Origin: an uncultured Pseudomonadota bacterium
Lineage (GTDB): Bacteria; Myxococcota_A; Polyangia; Fen-1088
Assembly: GCA_963847705.1 (NCBI GenBank)
Contig: CAWKBC010000021.1
Coordinates: forward strand, 128,001 to 192,000
Direction of reading: 5' to 3'
DNA length: 64,000 nt
Below the pieces are notes generated by a model that was not told the DNA's origin, made no database searches, and worked only from the letters and a program-made list of their open reading frames with translations. The stretch's first letter is position 1. The number at the start of each line of letters is the position of its first letter. Shown here one piece after another: positions 30,407-40,570 of this stretch. The translations under genes were made by a program, and so were the position numbers.

Positions 30407-33391
30407 TCACGAAAGCAGCAACTCCAGCGTTTCGCGATCGAGCTGACGGAGCAGACTGGCGTCCGGATTGATGATCGACGCGGTCAGGTCGCGCTTTGTT
30501 TGCTGCAGCGCCGCCACCTTCTCCTCGACGGTGTCGCGGCAAAGCAGCCGATACACGAACACGCGTTTCTTTTGGCCGATGCGGTGGGCGCGGTCGACGG
30601 CCTGCGCTTCGACGGCCGGGTTCCACCAGGGATCGAGGATGAAGACGTAGTCGGCAGCGGTCAGGTTGAGCCCCAGACCTCCCGCCTTGAGGCTGATCAG
30701 AAACAGCGGGCAGGTCTCGTCAGTCTGGAATCGCGTCACGCGCGCCTGCCGATCGCGTGTCTGCCCGTCGAGGTACTCGTAGGGCATGCCCGCGCTGTCC
30801 AGCCGGGCGCGGATGAGGGCGAGGAAGCTGGTGAACTGGGAGAAGACGAGCGCCTTGTGGCCCTCTCGGCGGACCTCGTCGAGACGTGCCAGCAGGACCT
30901 CCATCTTGCCGCTGCTCTCCCCCCGGCGCTTCTCGTCGATGAGGCCCGGATGGCAGGCCGCCTGCCGAAGACGGAGGAGGGCCTCGAGCACCTGGAGCTT
31001 CGCCTTGCCCAGGCCTTCGGCCGCGATCTTGCCGAGGAGGCTTCCCCGGTAGTGCGCGCGGAGCTCGTCGTAGAGGAGCCGCTGCTCGGGCTCCATCTCG
31101 CAGAGGATCGTCTCCTCGTGCTTCTTGGGCAGCTCGGGCGCCACCTCCTCCTTGGTCCGTCGCAGGATGAAGGGGCGAAGCGCCCGCGACAGCAGGGCCA
31201 GCGTCTGGGGATCCGGGCGCCTGGCGATCGCCGTGTGGGCGAAGGCGCGGGCGGTGCCGAGCATGCCGGGATTGAGGAACTCGACCAGCGACCACAGCTC
31301 GCCGAGATGATTCTCGATCGGCGTCCCCGACAGCGCCAGCCTGTGCTGGCCGCGCAGAAGCCGGGCCGCCTTGGCCGATTCGGAGTCGGCGTTCTTGATC
31401 GCCTGCGCCTCGTCGAGAATGACGTAGTCCATCTCGAGCTCACGCAGAAAGCCGACGTCCTTGCGGAGCAGGCCATAGGTGGTCACCAGAAGATCGGCCT
31501 TCTGGAGGTTCTGGCGAAGCGTCTGCGCGTCCATGGCGCGATCGGGCCCGACGTGGGCGAGGAGGCGCAGGTCGGGGGCAAAGCGCGCCGCCTCTTGCTG
31601 CCAGTTCCAGACCAGCGACTTCGGGACGACCACCATCGACGGTCCGACCGACTTGCGGAGCCGCCCGGCCAGCATCGCCAGGATCTGGATCGTCTTGCCC
31701 AGGCCCATGTCGTCGGCGAGGCACCCCCCGAAGCCAAACTGGCGCAGGAACCCCAGCCACCCGAGGCCGGCCTCCTGGTAGGGACGCAGGCGACCGCGAA
31801 ACCGGGCGGGGGCCTTCAGGGGATCGACGCCGGCGAACCGGTTCAGCTCGTCGCGCGCCCTGGCGAAGAGGGCGTCGACCGAAACCCGCGGCTCGGCGGC
31901 CAGCAACGCATCGAGCAGGCCCACCTGCGCGGGCCGAAAGCGAAGGCGCTCCCCCTCGACGGTTCCCAGCTCGCCCAGCGTGCCGTACCGCTCGAGCCAC
32001 TCTTCGGGCAGCATCCCGAAGGTCCCGTCGCCGAGCACGATCAGCTTGTCGCCGCGGCGGAGCGCGCGCAGGAGCTCGGGCAAGCTCGCCGAGACGCCGT
32101 CGAAGTCGACCTTGGCCTGCAGATCGAACCAGTCGACTCCGCTCGTGACCGACAGGTCGAAGCGCCCCGCCTGCCGATACAGCTTCCCCTCCGCCTCCAC
32201 CCGCCATCCCTCTGCCACCAGGAGCCCCACGGCAGCCGGCAGCTTCGCCTGCGTGATGTCGTATCGGCCGGCGTCGGACGAGGCGCCGACCGGTTCGGGG
32301 GCGCGCTGGAATCCTGCTTCCAGCAGCTTGGCCGCGGCTGCCGTCTCGGCGGCGCGATCTCGCCGGAACAGGCGACGCTCGTCGATCCGGGCGATCGCCT
32401 CGCGCGGATCGGCGGCGGCGACCGGGACGGCGCCATAGCGAAACGAGAGCTCGGCGACCGGGCGCTCCGACGCGCCAGCCGCCCAGCTTCGCGGGTCGGG
32501 CGCTCCGATCTTGAGGTGCGGTTGGGGAGCGCCGGCGATCTCCTGCAGCGCGAGCGCTTCCGGCAGGTCCAGCTTCGGCAGCGCCGACAACCCGTAGAGG
32601 CTCTCCAGGAAGGGGCCCTCTTCGGAAGCGGGCAGGGTCACCGCCGGCTGGCCCCGGAGCGAGCCGAGGATCCCGAAGGCGCCGAAGTGACGAACCCGTC
32701 CCACGCTCTGCGCGAACACCAGCCATCCCGAGGCGGTCACGACCAACGGTGCCGACAGGTCCGCGCTCTCCGAGCCCCGCCGAAGCAGACCGGAGATCTC
32801 GCTCCCCGCGCCGTCCGGTTTCCGACGGAGAGCGAGCACGAAATCCCAGGGCGGTTCGCCGTCATAGACGGCGGGCACGAGCGTCATCCCGGCGCCCGCG
32901 CGCACGAACAGTCGCCCGGTGCTCGACAGCAGCGGCATCAGCTCGCCGGCCAGCGCGGTCGGGATGGGCGCTTCGGACGGGAAGCGGCGTTCGCCGTATC
33001 CGAAGGCGGCGTAGTCATGAGCGTTGGTGGTTCGGCTCCCCATCGCCGCCGCTGCTTGCAGGAGGGGCAGCGCCCGCCTGTCGCGCTCGTCGGGGAGATG
33101 TTCGAGGGCGTCCATCGCCACCGAGGCGGCTCTGTCCTTGCTCACGCCGCCGGTCTTTTTCGGCGCGCGCGTTCGCAGGGCAATGGTCAGCTCGCCGGTC
33201 TTCCGCGTCTTGTCGACCTCGACGACGTAGATGAGGTCGCCGGAGAGGGCCGGGACCATCCGGACCTGCTGCGAGGCCCGCGCCCTGGTCTCCTCGCCGA
33301 CCAGCAGGGTCCGCCAGTCGAGCTCCGGCGACGCCGCAGGCGACGGAGTCTGCGCCGTCTCCTGGTCCGATTCGCCGTCGCCGTCGGTCAC
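30407..33391 (-). CDS. SNF2-family helicase (start uncertain, 33391 or 33469)
   Basis: LRPYQ, LADDMGLGKT, ILDEAQAIKN, LSGTPIEN, FSQFT, WWNPAVE.QA.DRAHRIGQ. Confidence 0.95.
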   Translation of the reverse strand: MTDGDGESDQETAQTPSPAASPELDWRTLLVGEETRARASQQVRMVPALSGDLIYVVEVDKTRKTGELTIALRTRAPKKTGGVSKDRAASVAMDALEHLPDERDRRALPLLQAAAAMGSRTTNAHDYAAFGYGERRFPSEAPIPTALAGELMPLLSSTGRLFVRAGAGMTLVPAVYDGEPPWDFVLALRRKPDGAGSEISGLLRRGSESADLSAPLVVTASGWLVFAQSVGRVRHFGAFGILGSLRGQPAVTLPASEEGPFLESLYGLSALPKLDLPEALALQEIAGAPQPHLKIGAPDPRSWAAGASERPVAELSFRYGAVPVAAADPREAIARIDERRLFRRDRAAETAAAAKLLEAGFQRAPEPVGASSDAGRYDITQAKLPAAVGLLVAEGWRVEAEGKLYRQAGRFDLSVTSGVDWFDLQAKVDFDGVSASLPELLRALRRGDKLIVLGDGTFGMLPEEWLERYGTLGELGTVEGERLRFRPAQVGLLDALLAAEPRVSVDALFARARDELNRFAGVDPLKAPARFRGRLRPYQEAGLGWLGFLRQFGFGGCLADDMGLGKTIQILAMLAGRLRKSVGPSMVVVPKSLVWNWQQEAARFAPDLRLLAHVGPDRAMDAQTLRQNLQKADLLVTTYGLLRKDVGFLRELEMDYVILDEAQAIKNADSESAKAARLLRGQHRLALSGTPIENHLGELWSLVEFLNPGMLGTARAFAHTAIARRPDPQTLALLSRALRPFILRRTKEEVAPELPKKHEETILCEMEPEQRLLYDELRAHYRGSLLGKIAAEGLGKAKLQVLEALLRLRQAACHPGLIDEKRRGESSGKMEVLLARLDEVRREGHKALVFSQFTSFLALIRARLDSAGMPYEYLDGQTRDRQARVTRFQTDETCPLFLISLKAGGLGLNLTAADYVFILDPWWNPAVEAQAVDRAHRIGQKKRVFVYRLLCRDTVEEKVAALQQTKRDLTASIINPDASLLRQLDRETLELLLS

Positions 33392-33462
33392 GACCCCGTG
33401 CCTACCACGACCGGTCGTCGCGCGCGTCGCCCGCGAGGTCGAGACGTCATAGTCTGGGTGGC

Positions 33463-34107
33463 GTGACACGGACGGTTCACCAGGGCGACGCGCTGCCGTG
33501 GCTGCGCGACGCGGGCAGGCTGGCCGGTGCCAGCGTCGTGACCTCGTTGCCGGACTCCTCCGAGCTGCCGGCGCTGGGACTCGACGGCTGGCGCCGCTGG
33601 TTCGACGAGGCGGCGGTGCTGACCATGCAGAGTGTGCCCGACGAGGGCGTGGCCATCTTTTTCCAGAGCGACGTGCGCCGCGCCGGTCGGTGGGTCGACA
33701 AAGGGACGATGGTGTCGCGCGCCGCGGAGCGGGCCGGGATGGCGACGCTCTTCCACAAGATCGTCTGCCGCAAACCGCCCGGGACGCTGACGCATGGGCG
33801 GGCCAGCTACTCGCACCTGCTCGGCTTCGCGCGCGTGCTCCGGCCGACGCTCCGCCACGCCACGCCAGACCTGCTGCCCGACGGCGGCTTTCAGCCGGGC
33901 GTCAAGGCCATGGGGGTGCTCGCCTGCGTCGACGCCTGCCGCTTCGTGCTCAACGAGACCACCACCCGCACGATCGTCGATCCGTTCTGCGGGTGGGGGA
34001 CCGTCCTCGCGGTGGCCAACGCGCTCGGGCTGGACGCCGTCGGCGTCGATCTGTCGGCGCGCATGTGCAAGCGCGCCCGGCGGCTCACCGTCGCGCTCGA
34101 CCACTGA
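33463..34107 (+). CDS. SAM-dependent methyltransferase-like protein (N6/N4 DNA methylase fold)
   Basis: VHQGDAL, VVTSLPD, IVDPFCGWGT..AVG.DLS. Confidence 0.75.
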   Translation: MTRTVHQGDALPWLRDAGRLAGASVVTSLPDSSELPALGLDGWRRWFDEAAVLTMQSVPDEGVAIFFQSDVRRAGRWVDKGTMVSRAAERAGMATLFHKIVCRKPPGTLTHGRASYSHLLGFARVLRPTLRHATPDLLPDGGFQPGVKAMGVLACVDACRFVLNETTTRTIVDPFCGWGTVLAVANALGLDAVGVDLSARMCKRARRLTVALDH

Positions 34108-34135
34108 GCCCGCCTTCCCGCAGGCGGCCGGCAGG

Positions 34136-34261
34136 TCACTTCTTCTTGGTGGCCACCTGCTTGGCGGTCACCGCCGCCTGCTTCTTGCGACTGTTTTCGT
34201 CGGTCTTGGTCTGCTTTTGATCGGCTTGCTTGCGCATCGACTTCGGAGATTTGTCACCCAT
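34136..34261 (-). CDS. Small Lys/Gln-rich protein (41 aa)
   Basis: MGDKSPKSMRKQADQKQTKTDENSRKKQAAVTAKQVATKKK*; GC-biased third positions. Confidence 0.65.
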   Translation of the reverse strand: MGDKSPKSMRKQADQKQTKTDENSRKKQAAVTAKQVATKKK

Positions 34262-34374
34262 GGTGCCCCCATCATGCGCACGGATACCGGATAAAGACAG
34301 AGGCTCGCCCGCCACCTCATGATCGGCGTCCCGGTCGACCAGGGTCAGCCAGGGGTGGCCAAAGGCCGCAAAGC

Positions 34375-34638
34375 TCAGTGAGGCAGGAGCCCGAGCAGCG
34401 CCAGCAACCCCCCGATGACCGTCGCCGCGCCAAGGGAAAACGCGATCAGCAATCGCCAGCGGCGTTGACGAGCGCGCCGCCTGTCCAGCGCTCGCATCAG
34501 CTTTTGAAAGCTCGCTTTCGAGTCGAGACCAATCGCCGGAAACTCCATTCCGTCGAGGATGCGACTGATCTTGGGACGATCGACGAGGTCCAGGTCGTCC
34601 GGTCCAAGCTCGCCTCTACCTTCCGAGTCCCCGTCCAT
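34375..34638 (-). CDS. Hypothetical protein with C-terminal TM helix
   Basis: Acidic N-terminus, RRRARQRRWR, then a hydrophobic segment. Confidence 0.5.
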   Translation of the reverse strand: MDGDSEGRGELGPDDLDLVDRPKISRILDGMEFPAIGLDSKASFQKLMRALDRRRARQRRWRLLIAFSLGAATVIGGLLALLGLLPH

Positions 34639-35789
34639 TCGACCTTGCCTACGCTCGTGGTTCGCGCTCGTTGCTCTGCAGGGTCATCGAGACGGCGGGC
34701 GAGGCTCGACGATGCATCGTCCTGCATCGGCCCCGAGCCCCCGGGACCCGGTTCGGGAGCTTCCGCCTGAGCTCGGCTCTCCGCCGGTGCCCGCGCCGCT
34801 GTTGCCGCCTTCGGACGGGTTCAAGCCAAGGACGGCTGCGCGCAGGCCGGCGCGAACACGAGAAAGCCGACGTTTCATTTGGCGATCCTCCGTCGTTGCC
34901 GATCGAGCATTACTAATGATGCCGGCCCCCATTGATACGGCGCCGCCCGTGCCACCGACCCCGCCGCCCGGCGGCGCCGGCGCCAGCAAACGCCCCCGCG
35001 CTGGCCGGCACCGACGACGCCCCACTACCCCCCCGGCTTCCGGCGTAACGCCGAAGCCGCAACTTCTGTCGGCCGCGTTGCCGCCACCGAAATCTTTTTT
35101 TTTGCGCCGCCGATCGCAGCTCCATCGCCGCCGCTCTCCCCGCTTTCTTCGCCCCCGCTTCCTGAGCGTGCTCTGGAGCAGAATTCTGTGGATGGGGGAG
35201 GCGCAATTTCCTGTCCGTCCGTCGGCGAGCACCGCCGGTGGGACCGGCGCTGATGGTAAATGGGCGGACAACCTGAAAACCTTCGCCTGTGTGAGCCGAA
35301 AATCGAACTAATGTGAATTTTACAGCAATAACAAGTATTTACAAAATGACGCATGGGCCAATAAAATGTAGCTCGCCGGAATTCGGTCCGGCAGATGCCA
35401 GTCCGCCCCGCCTCTCGCGCGGGTCACCGATCGACCTGGCAGGTCTGCCTCTCCCCGAATATTTGTCGTCAGCCGGCCGCTGTTGTCATCAAGGTGACGG
35501 CCCCGTCGCTCCATCCGAGCTTCCGACGCAACACCCCGAACGAGCGCCCACCACGAAGGCCGGCGCAACGAGCCACTCCGCCCCGGCTCATCGCAGATCC
35601 ATTCAATTGTTGACCAATCACGCTTCCGTCCTCGGGTTCGGCTTTGGCCGCGCGTGAGGCGGCCTTGCACATCACTACATTCCCAATGACAGGTGTGCTG
35701 ATCGAACCGAATCCGCGCGAGAGGGGCTGTGACGGACATTTCGCTGGCTGACGCTACGCCGTTAAAGCGGCTGATATTGTTCATAAAAT

Positions 35790-35818
35790 AAGAGGAATTC
35801 GACCAAGAGGAATTCGAC
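35790..35818. repeat. 14-bp direct repeat
   Basis: aagaggaattcgac-c-aagaggaattcgac. Confidence 0.8.
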
Positions 35819-35934
35819 TTCGGCTCATGGTGGTGAAGATTGTTGGGCTGCCGGCCATTTGCCTCCGGCGCTGGACGGCACCCGCATCACGGCCGCCGAG
35901 GCGGCGCCATTGCAAGCCTCGGGCGCTCAGTCGG

Positions 35935-36318
35935 TCAGGCGCTCGCCGGCGTGGCCTGCAGGCGGCGCCAGAAGAAGTACGAGAGCCCCCAGAGCACGCC
36001 GGTGCCCGCCGCCCAGCCCCACGCCTTCGGGCCGTCGCCCACCGAGAGGTGGGCGATGAGCGCCGAGCCGAGAGTGATGGCGAAGCCGGCATAGGCCCAC
36101 TCCTTGAGCCGCGCCGGCACCGGCGCGAGCAGCAGCACCACGCCGAGGAGCTTGGCCCACGACAGCTCCACCCGGAAGTAGGCGGGGAAGCCGAGGTGGG
36201 TGAACATCGCCGCCACCTGCGGCAGGCGCAGCTGCGCGTAGGCGGTGAAGCCCATCTGCAGGCAGAAGAGCGCGGTGACGATCCAGAAGCCGATGACCGT
36301 TCGTTTGGAGCGGGGCAT
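35935..36318 (-). CDS. DoxX-family membrane protein
   Basis: HLGFPAYF..LSWAKLLG..RLKEWAYAGF. Confidence 0.9.
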   Translation of the reverse strand: MPRSKRTVIGFWIVTALFCLQMGFTAYAQLRLPQVAAMFTHLGFPAYFRVELSWAKLLGVVLLLAPVPARLKEWAYAGFAITLGSALIAHLSVGDGPKAWGWAAGTGVLWGLSYFFWRRLQATPASA

Positions 36319-36328
36319 GCTCAGCCTC

Positions 36329-36890
36329 TCACGCGCCGCCCGAGGGCCAGCTCGGGGGCTCGACGCCGAATTGCTTGGCGTACTCGGCGTTCAATCGCTG
36401 CCAGCCGCTGAGCTTCATGGCCTCGGGGCCGACCATGCGTCCGATGGGCTGACCGGCCAGCAGCCGGTCCAGCACGTCGAAGCAGATGTGCCAGCCCGCA
36501 GCGCCCATCGAGATGAAACGACGGTCGATGTTGTGCCAGAGCGTGAGCCGGGTGCCGCCGCCCAGCGGCTCCAGCTCCCAGCGGATGCTCCTGTCCCCCC
36601 CAGTTGAATTCGAGCAGCCTGGGCGCGTCGGCGCGCTTCACCTGGGTCTCGGAGACGAGCGGCGTCGGCGCCCCCACGGTCGTGAGCTTCGCCGTGCCGA
36701 CGGCCCCGAGGCTCCGGTCGGAATCGAACGGGGCCCATTCGCGGAGATGCTCGGGTTCGGTGAGCGCCTTCCAGACCTTTGCCGGAGGGTGGGGGAGATC
36801 GCGAACGAGCACCAGCGTCCACGTCTCACCATCTTTTTGAACCTCGGCGCCGGCGGCGGCGCCTGGCGTGTATTCCTCGCGGCTGCTCAT
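36329..36890 (-). pseudogene. SRPBCC/AHSA1 family protein, +1 frameshift near 36588
   Basis: HPPAKVWKALT.P.HL.EWAPF; after the shift IRWELEP.GGGTRLTLWH..AAGWHICFDVL. Confidence 0.8.
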
Positions 36891-37243
36891 TGTCGCGTCC
36901 TTCCTTTCTTCGTCGGGGAGACCCTGGCCGGCGCCTTGTCCATCGCGTTCAGGTGTCGTTCCAGGGCATCGACGTGCTTCGTCCAGAAGCGCCGGAAGGG
37001 GACCAGCCAGGCGTCGAGCTCCATGAGCGGCTCTGGTCGCAGGCGATAGAGGCGCCGCTGCGCCTCGATTCGCGACTCCACGAACCCCGCCTCGCGCAGC
37101 ACGCGCAGGTGCTTGGAGACGGACGGCTGCGACAGTCGAAGCTCGCGCTCGATCTCGCCCACCGAGCGCTCGGACGAGAGCAGCAGGCCCAAGATGGCCC
37201 GCCTGTTGGGCTCCGCGACGACGGCGAACGACGATGATTCCAC
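36887..37243 (-). CDS. ArsR-family transcriptional regulator
   Basis: F..VAEPNRRAIL, SQPSVSKHLRVLREAG. Confidence 0.92.
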   Translation of the reverse strand: MESSSFAVVAEPNRRAILGLLLSSERSVGEIERELRLSQPSVSKHLRVLREAGFVESRIEAQRRLYRLRPEPLMELDAWLVPFRRFWTKHVDALERHLNAMDKAPARVSPTKKGRTRQ

Positions 37244-37328
37244 GGCAGGTATATAGCCGCAGGTTCATATTCCCGTCAAGTCATACACGAGAGGGAGGGG
37301 CGGCCTTTGGGTCCGACTCGCGGGAGCC

Positions 37329-37847
37329 CTATTTGCGCTTGACCGAGTTCGCGCTGGCCGACTTCGCCTGGGCCGACTTCGCGCTGGCCGGCTTCGCGCT
37401 GGCCGGCTTCGCGCTGGCCGGCTTCGACCTGGCCGGCTTTGCCTTGCGGGTGCTGTTGAGCGCGACCGCCTCGCGAACGAGCGCCTTGAAGGCGGCCGCA
37501 TCGACCTCTTCCCCTTCGGCGATGTCGATCGCGCGCCGCAGGTTTCCCCCGAGGCTCGAGTTGAAGAGACGGGCCGGATCCTTCAGAAACGCGCCCTTGG
37601 CGAAGGTGAGCTTCACCACCTGCTTGTAGGACTCACCGGTCGTGATGATGCCGTCGTGCGACCAGATCGGCGTGCCCATCCACTTCCACTCCTCGACGAC
37701 CTCCGGGTCTGCCTCTTTGATGAGCTTGCGCATCCTGCCCAGGGTCTTGCCGCGCCAGTCGCCGAGCTCGGCGATTCTCTTCGAGATCAGCTCCGACGCC
37801 GACTGGCCTCGATCCGCGCTCGCGCCCGACCTGTTCATGCGCTTCAT
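37329..37847 (-). CDS. DUF1801 domain protein with (KPASA)n tail
   Basis: LGDWRG..L..MR.LI..ADP.V.EEWKW, KLTFAKGA.L.DP. Confidence 0.88.
   Translation of the reverse strand: MKRMNRSGASADRGQSASELISKRIAELGDWRGKTLGRMRKLIKEADPEVVEEWKWMGTPIWSHDGIITTGESYKQVVKLTFAKGAFLKDPARLFNSSLGGNLRRAIDIAEGEEVDAAAFKALVREAVALNSTRKAKPARSKPASAKPASAKPASAKSAQAKSASANSVKRK
37348..37437. repeat. 15-bp coding tandem repeat (~6 copies)
   Basis: ttcgcgctggccggc and variants. Confidence 0.85.
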
Positions 37848-38239
37848 CCTAGGAGCTCAGGACCGGGAAGAACAAGCGCGGTCTCTGGCCGGCCGCCCGG
37901 GTGGCAAGGGCTCAGCTCTGTTCATGGTTGGCTCCCGTCAGTCCCACCCAAATTGCCGGAAGGCGTGACCGCGGCCCCATCCTCTCTCTGGGTGCCGCGG
38001 GCCCATCTCCTCGGTTGGGGAGCCGGAGCGCCTTCGATCCACTGGCCCGCTGCCCGGGGTGTCAATCTCGAGGGCGGGCCAGCTCCACCCCATCCGTCCG
38101 GTGACAATCTCGTCCGCAATCTCGCTGACGCTTTCCAGGTCAAACTTCCGGGCAACCAGGAATACGCCAGGCTGGCCAGAGGTATAGAGAAGGACGTCGC
38201 GCGGGATCCCTGGTCGCGCTTCGTCCTCCGGCATTCCAC

Positions 38240-40516
38240 ATGAAGCAAACAAAAAAACTGTTCTCCTCGTTGGCGGCGCTCGCGCTCGCTGTGGCTTTTT
38301 CATCGATCGGCTTCGGGGGGCAGCTCGCCCGACCCACCGCCGACGCGCGCACGACCGACGCCAACATCACGCGCCTCACGACAGGAATGCTCGAGCAATC
38401 TCAGCTCGCCCATCACCCCTTCGACGGCCAGCTGGCCGGGACGGTGCTGGACCGCTACCTGGACGCGCTCGACGGCGGTCGCTCTCTGTTTCTCGCGGCC
38501 GACCTGGCCGAGTTCGCGGGCTACCGGGCCACGCTGGCGCAGGCGACGCGCGGCGCCGGTGACACCAGCGCGGCGAAGGCCATCTTTGCGCGCTACCTGC
38601 AGCGGTTGACGGAGCAGACGGCGTACGACACCTACGTGCTGCGGACCGCAAAGTTCGACTTCAACGGCCACGACAGCTACTCGTTCGATCGCGAGCACGC
38701 GACCCGGCCGGCCACGGTGGCGGAGGCCCGCGCGCTCTGGTGGCAGCAGCTCCGGGCCGAGTATCTGCAGGAGAAGCTGAACGACAAGAACCCGGACCAG
38801 ATCGTGAGCACCCTGACCCGCAGGCACGAGCAGGCCCTGCACACCATGACGGGGTTCAGCAGCGACGAGGTGCTCGAGGTCTATCTGGACACGCTGGCGC
38901 ACGTCTACGATCCGCACTCCGACTACCTCGGGCACGAACAGATGGAGAGCCTCTCCATCGCCATGAATCTCTCGCTGTTCGGAATCGGCGCCGCGCTGGG
39001 GAGCGAGGACGGGACCTGCACGGTCCGCGAGCTCCTGCCGGGAGGGCCTGCCGCGCGCAGCGGCCTCTTGAAGCCCGGTGACCGCATCGTCGCGGTGGCG
39101 CAGGCGGGGCAGCAGCCGGTCGACATCGTCAACATGCCGCTGACCCGCATCGTTCAGCTGATTCGTGGCCCCAAGGGCTCGACCGTCTCCTTGACGATCG
39201 TCCCTGCGGGCGGCGCCGCCGCAGCACCGACCCGGACCGCCTCGCTGGTGCGCGACGAGATCACGCTGGAGGACCAGCAGGCCAAGGCGCGGATCGTCGA
39301 CCTGCCGGTCGGCAAGGGCGCGACCACCCGCGCGAGCGCGACCGGCGCCAGCGCCAGCAAGGGCGCGACGCTGCGGCTCGGCGTCATCGAGCTGCCGTCC
39401 TTCTACGCCGACATGGGCGGCGGCCACCTGCGCAGCGCGACCGCAGACGTCTCGCGCCTCCTCACCAAGTTGCAGGAGCAGCACGTGCACGGGGTGGTGC
39501 TCGACCTGCGGCACAACGGCGGCGGTTCGTTGCAGGAGGCGATCAGCCTGACCGGGTTGTTCATTCGCAGAGGGCCGGTGGTGCAGACGCGCGGCGCCGA
39601 CGGAAAGGTCGAGGTCGACGAGGACACCGATCCGGCCGTGCTCTACGACGGGCCGCTGGTTCTGCTGACCAGCCGCTTCAGCGCCTCCGCCTCGGAGATC
39701 CTGGCCGGCGCGCTGCAAGACTACGGCAGGGCGATCGTCGTCGGCGACTCGTCCACCTTCGGCAAGGGGACGGTGCAGAACATCGTGCCGCTCGGGCCCT
39801 ACATGGACCAGGTCGGGCTCGGCCATTCCTACGATCCGGGGGCGCTCAAGATCACGACCAGCAAGTTCTACCGGCCGAGCGGCGCCTCGACCCAGCTGCG
39901 CGGTGTGACGGCGGACGTGGTGTTGCCGTCGACCAGCGACTTCAGCGAGGTGAGCGAGGCCTCTCTCAAGGATCCACTGCCCTGGGACGTGGTCCCGGCC
40001 GCGCCGTTCGAGCGGCTGAACCGCGTCGAGCCCTACGTGGCCGCCCTGCGGGCGAGATCCGACCGCCGGCGCGCGACCGAGAAGCCCTTCGCCGAGCTGG
40101 TGGACGACGTCGCCCGGCTGAAGAAGAGCCTGATCTCGAAGTCCGTTTCGCTGAACGAGGCGCAGCGCCGGCAGGAGATGGCGGAGTCCAAGGTTCGTGA
40201 AGCGGAGCTGGCCAGCGAGGAGCGTGCGCTCCGGGCGACCGGGCGCACGACCTACGAGATCACGCTGAAGAACGCCTCGTTGCCTGGCCTGCCGGCCCCG
40301 CTGGCCGCCGCGAAGGACACGCCGGCCAAGGACGCGCCGGCCAAGGACGGGGACAAGGCCGGGGAGAGCGAGGCCAAGATCCGCTCGGCCACCGACGACA
40401 TCATCCTGAACGAGGGCGTTCAGATCCTGGCCGACTACGTCAACGTCCTGAAGCCGCCGGTCGAGAAGGGCGCGCGCCCCAAGAGCACCGAGGCGGCGAG
40501 CCTGACGACGTACTGA
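38240..40516 (+). CDS. prc: Carboxy-terminal processing protease (Prc/Tsp, S41)
   Basis: Signal peptide, DPHSDY, PDZ GIGA, DLRHNGGGSL, SASASEI, TFGKGTVQ, KFYRPSG.STQ. Confidence 0.93.
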   Translation: MKQTKKLFSSLAALALAVAFSSIGFGGQLARPTADARTTDANITRLTTGMLEQSQLAHHPFDGQLAGTVLDRYLDALDGGRSLFLAADLAEFAGYRATLAQATRGAGDTSAAKAIFARYLQRLTEQTAYDTYVLRTAKFDFNGHDSYSFDREHATRPATVAEARALWWQQLRAEYLQEKLNDKNPDQIVSTLTRRHEQALHTMTGFSSDEVLEVYLDTLAHVYDPHSDYLGHEQMESLSIAMNLSLFGIGAALGSEDGTCTVRELLPGGPAARSGLLKPGDRIVAVAQAGQQPVDIVNMPLTRIVQLIRGPKGSTVSLTIVPAGGAAAAPTRTASLVRDEITLEDQQAKARIVDLPVGKGATTRASATGASASKGATLRLGVIELPSFYADMGGGHLRSATADVSRLLTKLQEQHVHGVVLDLRHNGGGSLQEAISLTGLFIRRGPVVQTRGADGKVEVDEDTDPAVLYDGPLVLLTSRFSASASEILAGALQDYGRAIVVGDSSTFGKGTVQNIVPLGPYMDQVGLGHSYDPGALKITTSKFYRPSGASTQLRGVTADVVLPSTSDFSEVSEASLKDPLPWDVVPAAPFERLNRVEPYVAALRARSDRRRATEKPFAELVDDVARLKKSLISKSVSLNEAQRRQEMAESKVREAELASEERALRATGRTTYEITLKNASLPGLPAPLAAAKDTPAKDAPAKDGDKAGESEAKIRSATDDIILNEGVQILADYVNVLKPPVEKGARPKSTEAASLTTY

Positions 40517-40517
40517 T

Positions 40518-40558
40518 CGCCGGCGATCTTCTGAGCGCCGCCGGCGATCTTCTGAGCG
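40518..40558. repeat. 20-bp direct repeat just after the prc stop
   Basis: cgccggcgatcttctgagcg x2, period 21. Confidence 0.85.
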
Positions 40559-40570
40559 TCGGCCGTCCGC

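Noticed and set aside
30500-33466. Long antisense ORFs (also 4420..6135, 10360..12075, 17620..19308, 25364..27325, 46466..48703, 60419..62380)
   Set aside because: Shadow frames of real high-GC genes, with no motifs
30407-34107. DISARM/BREX/R-M defence system
   Set aside because: No nuclease, PglZ or DUF1998 partners; the genes are divergent and the methylase catalytic motif is absent
35320-35784. 154-aa ORF
   Set aside because: Atypical codon use and no motifs; not supportable as a gene
37850-38239. Riboswitch upstream of prc
   Set aside because: GC hairpins are present but I recognise no riboswitch consensus
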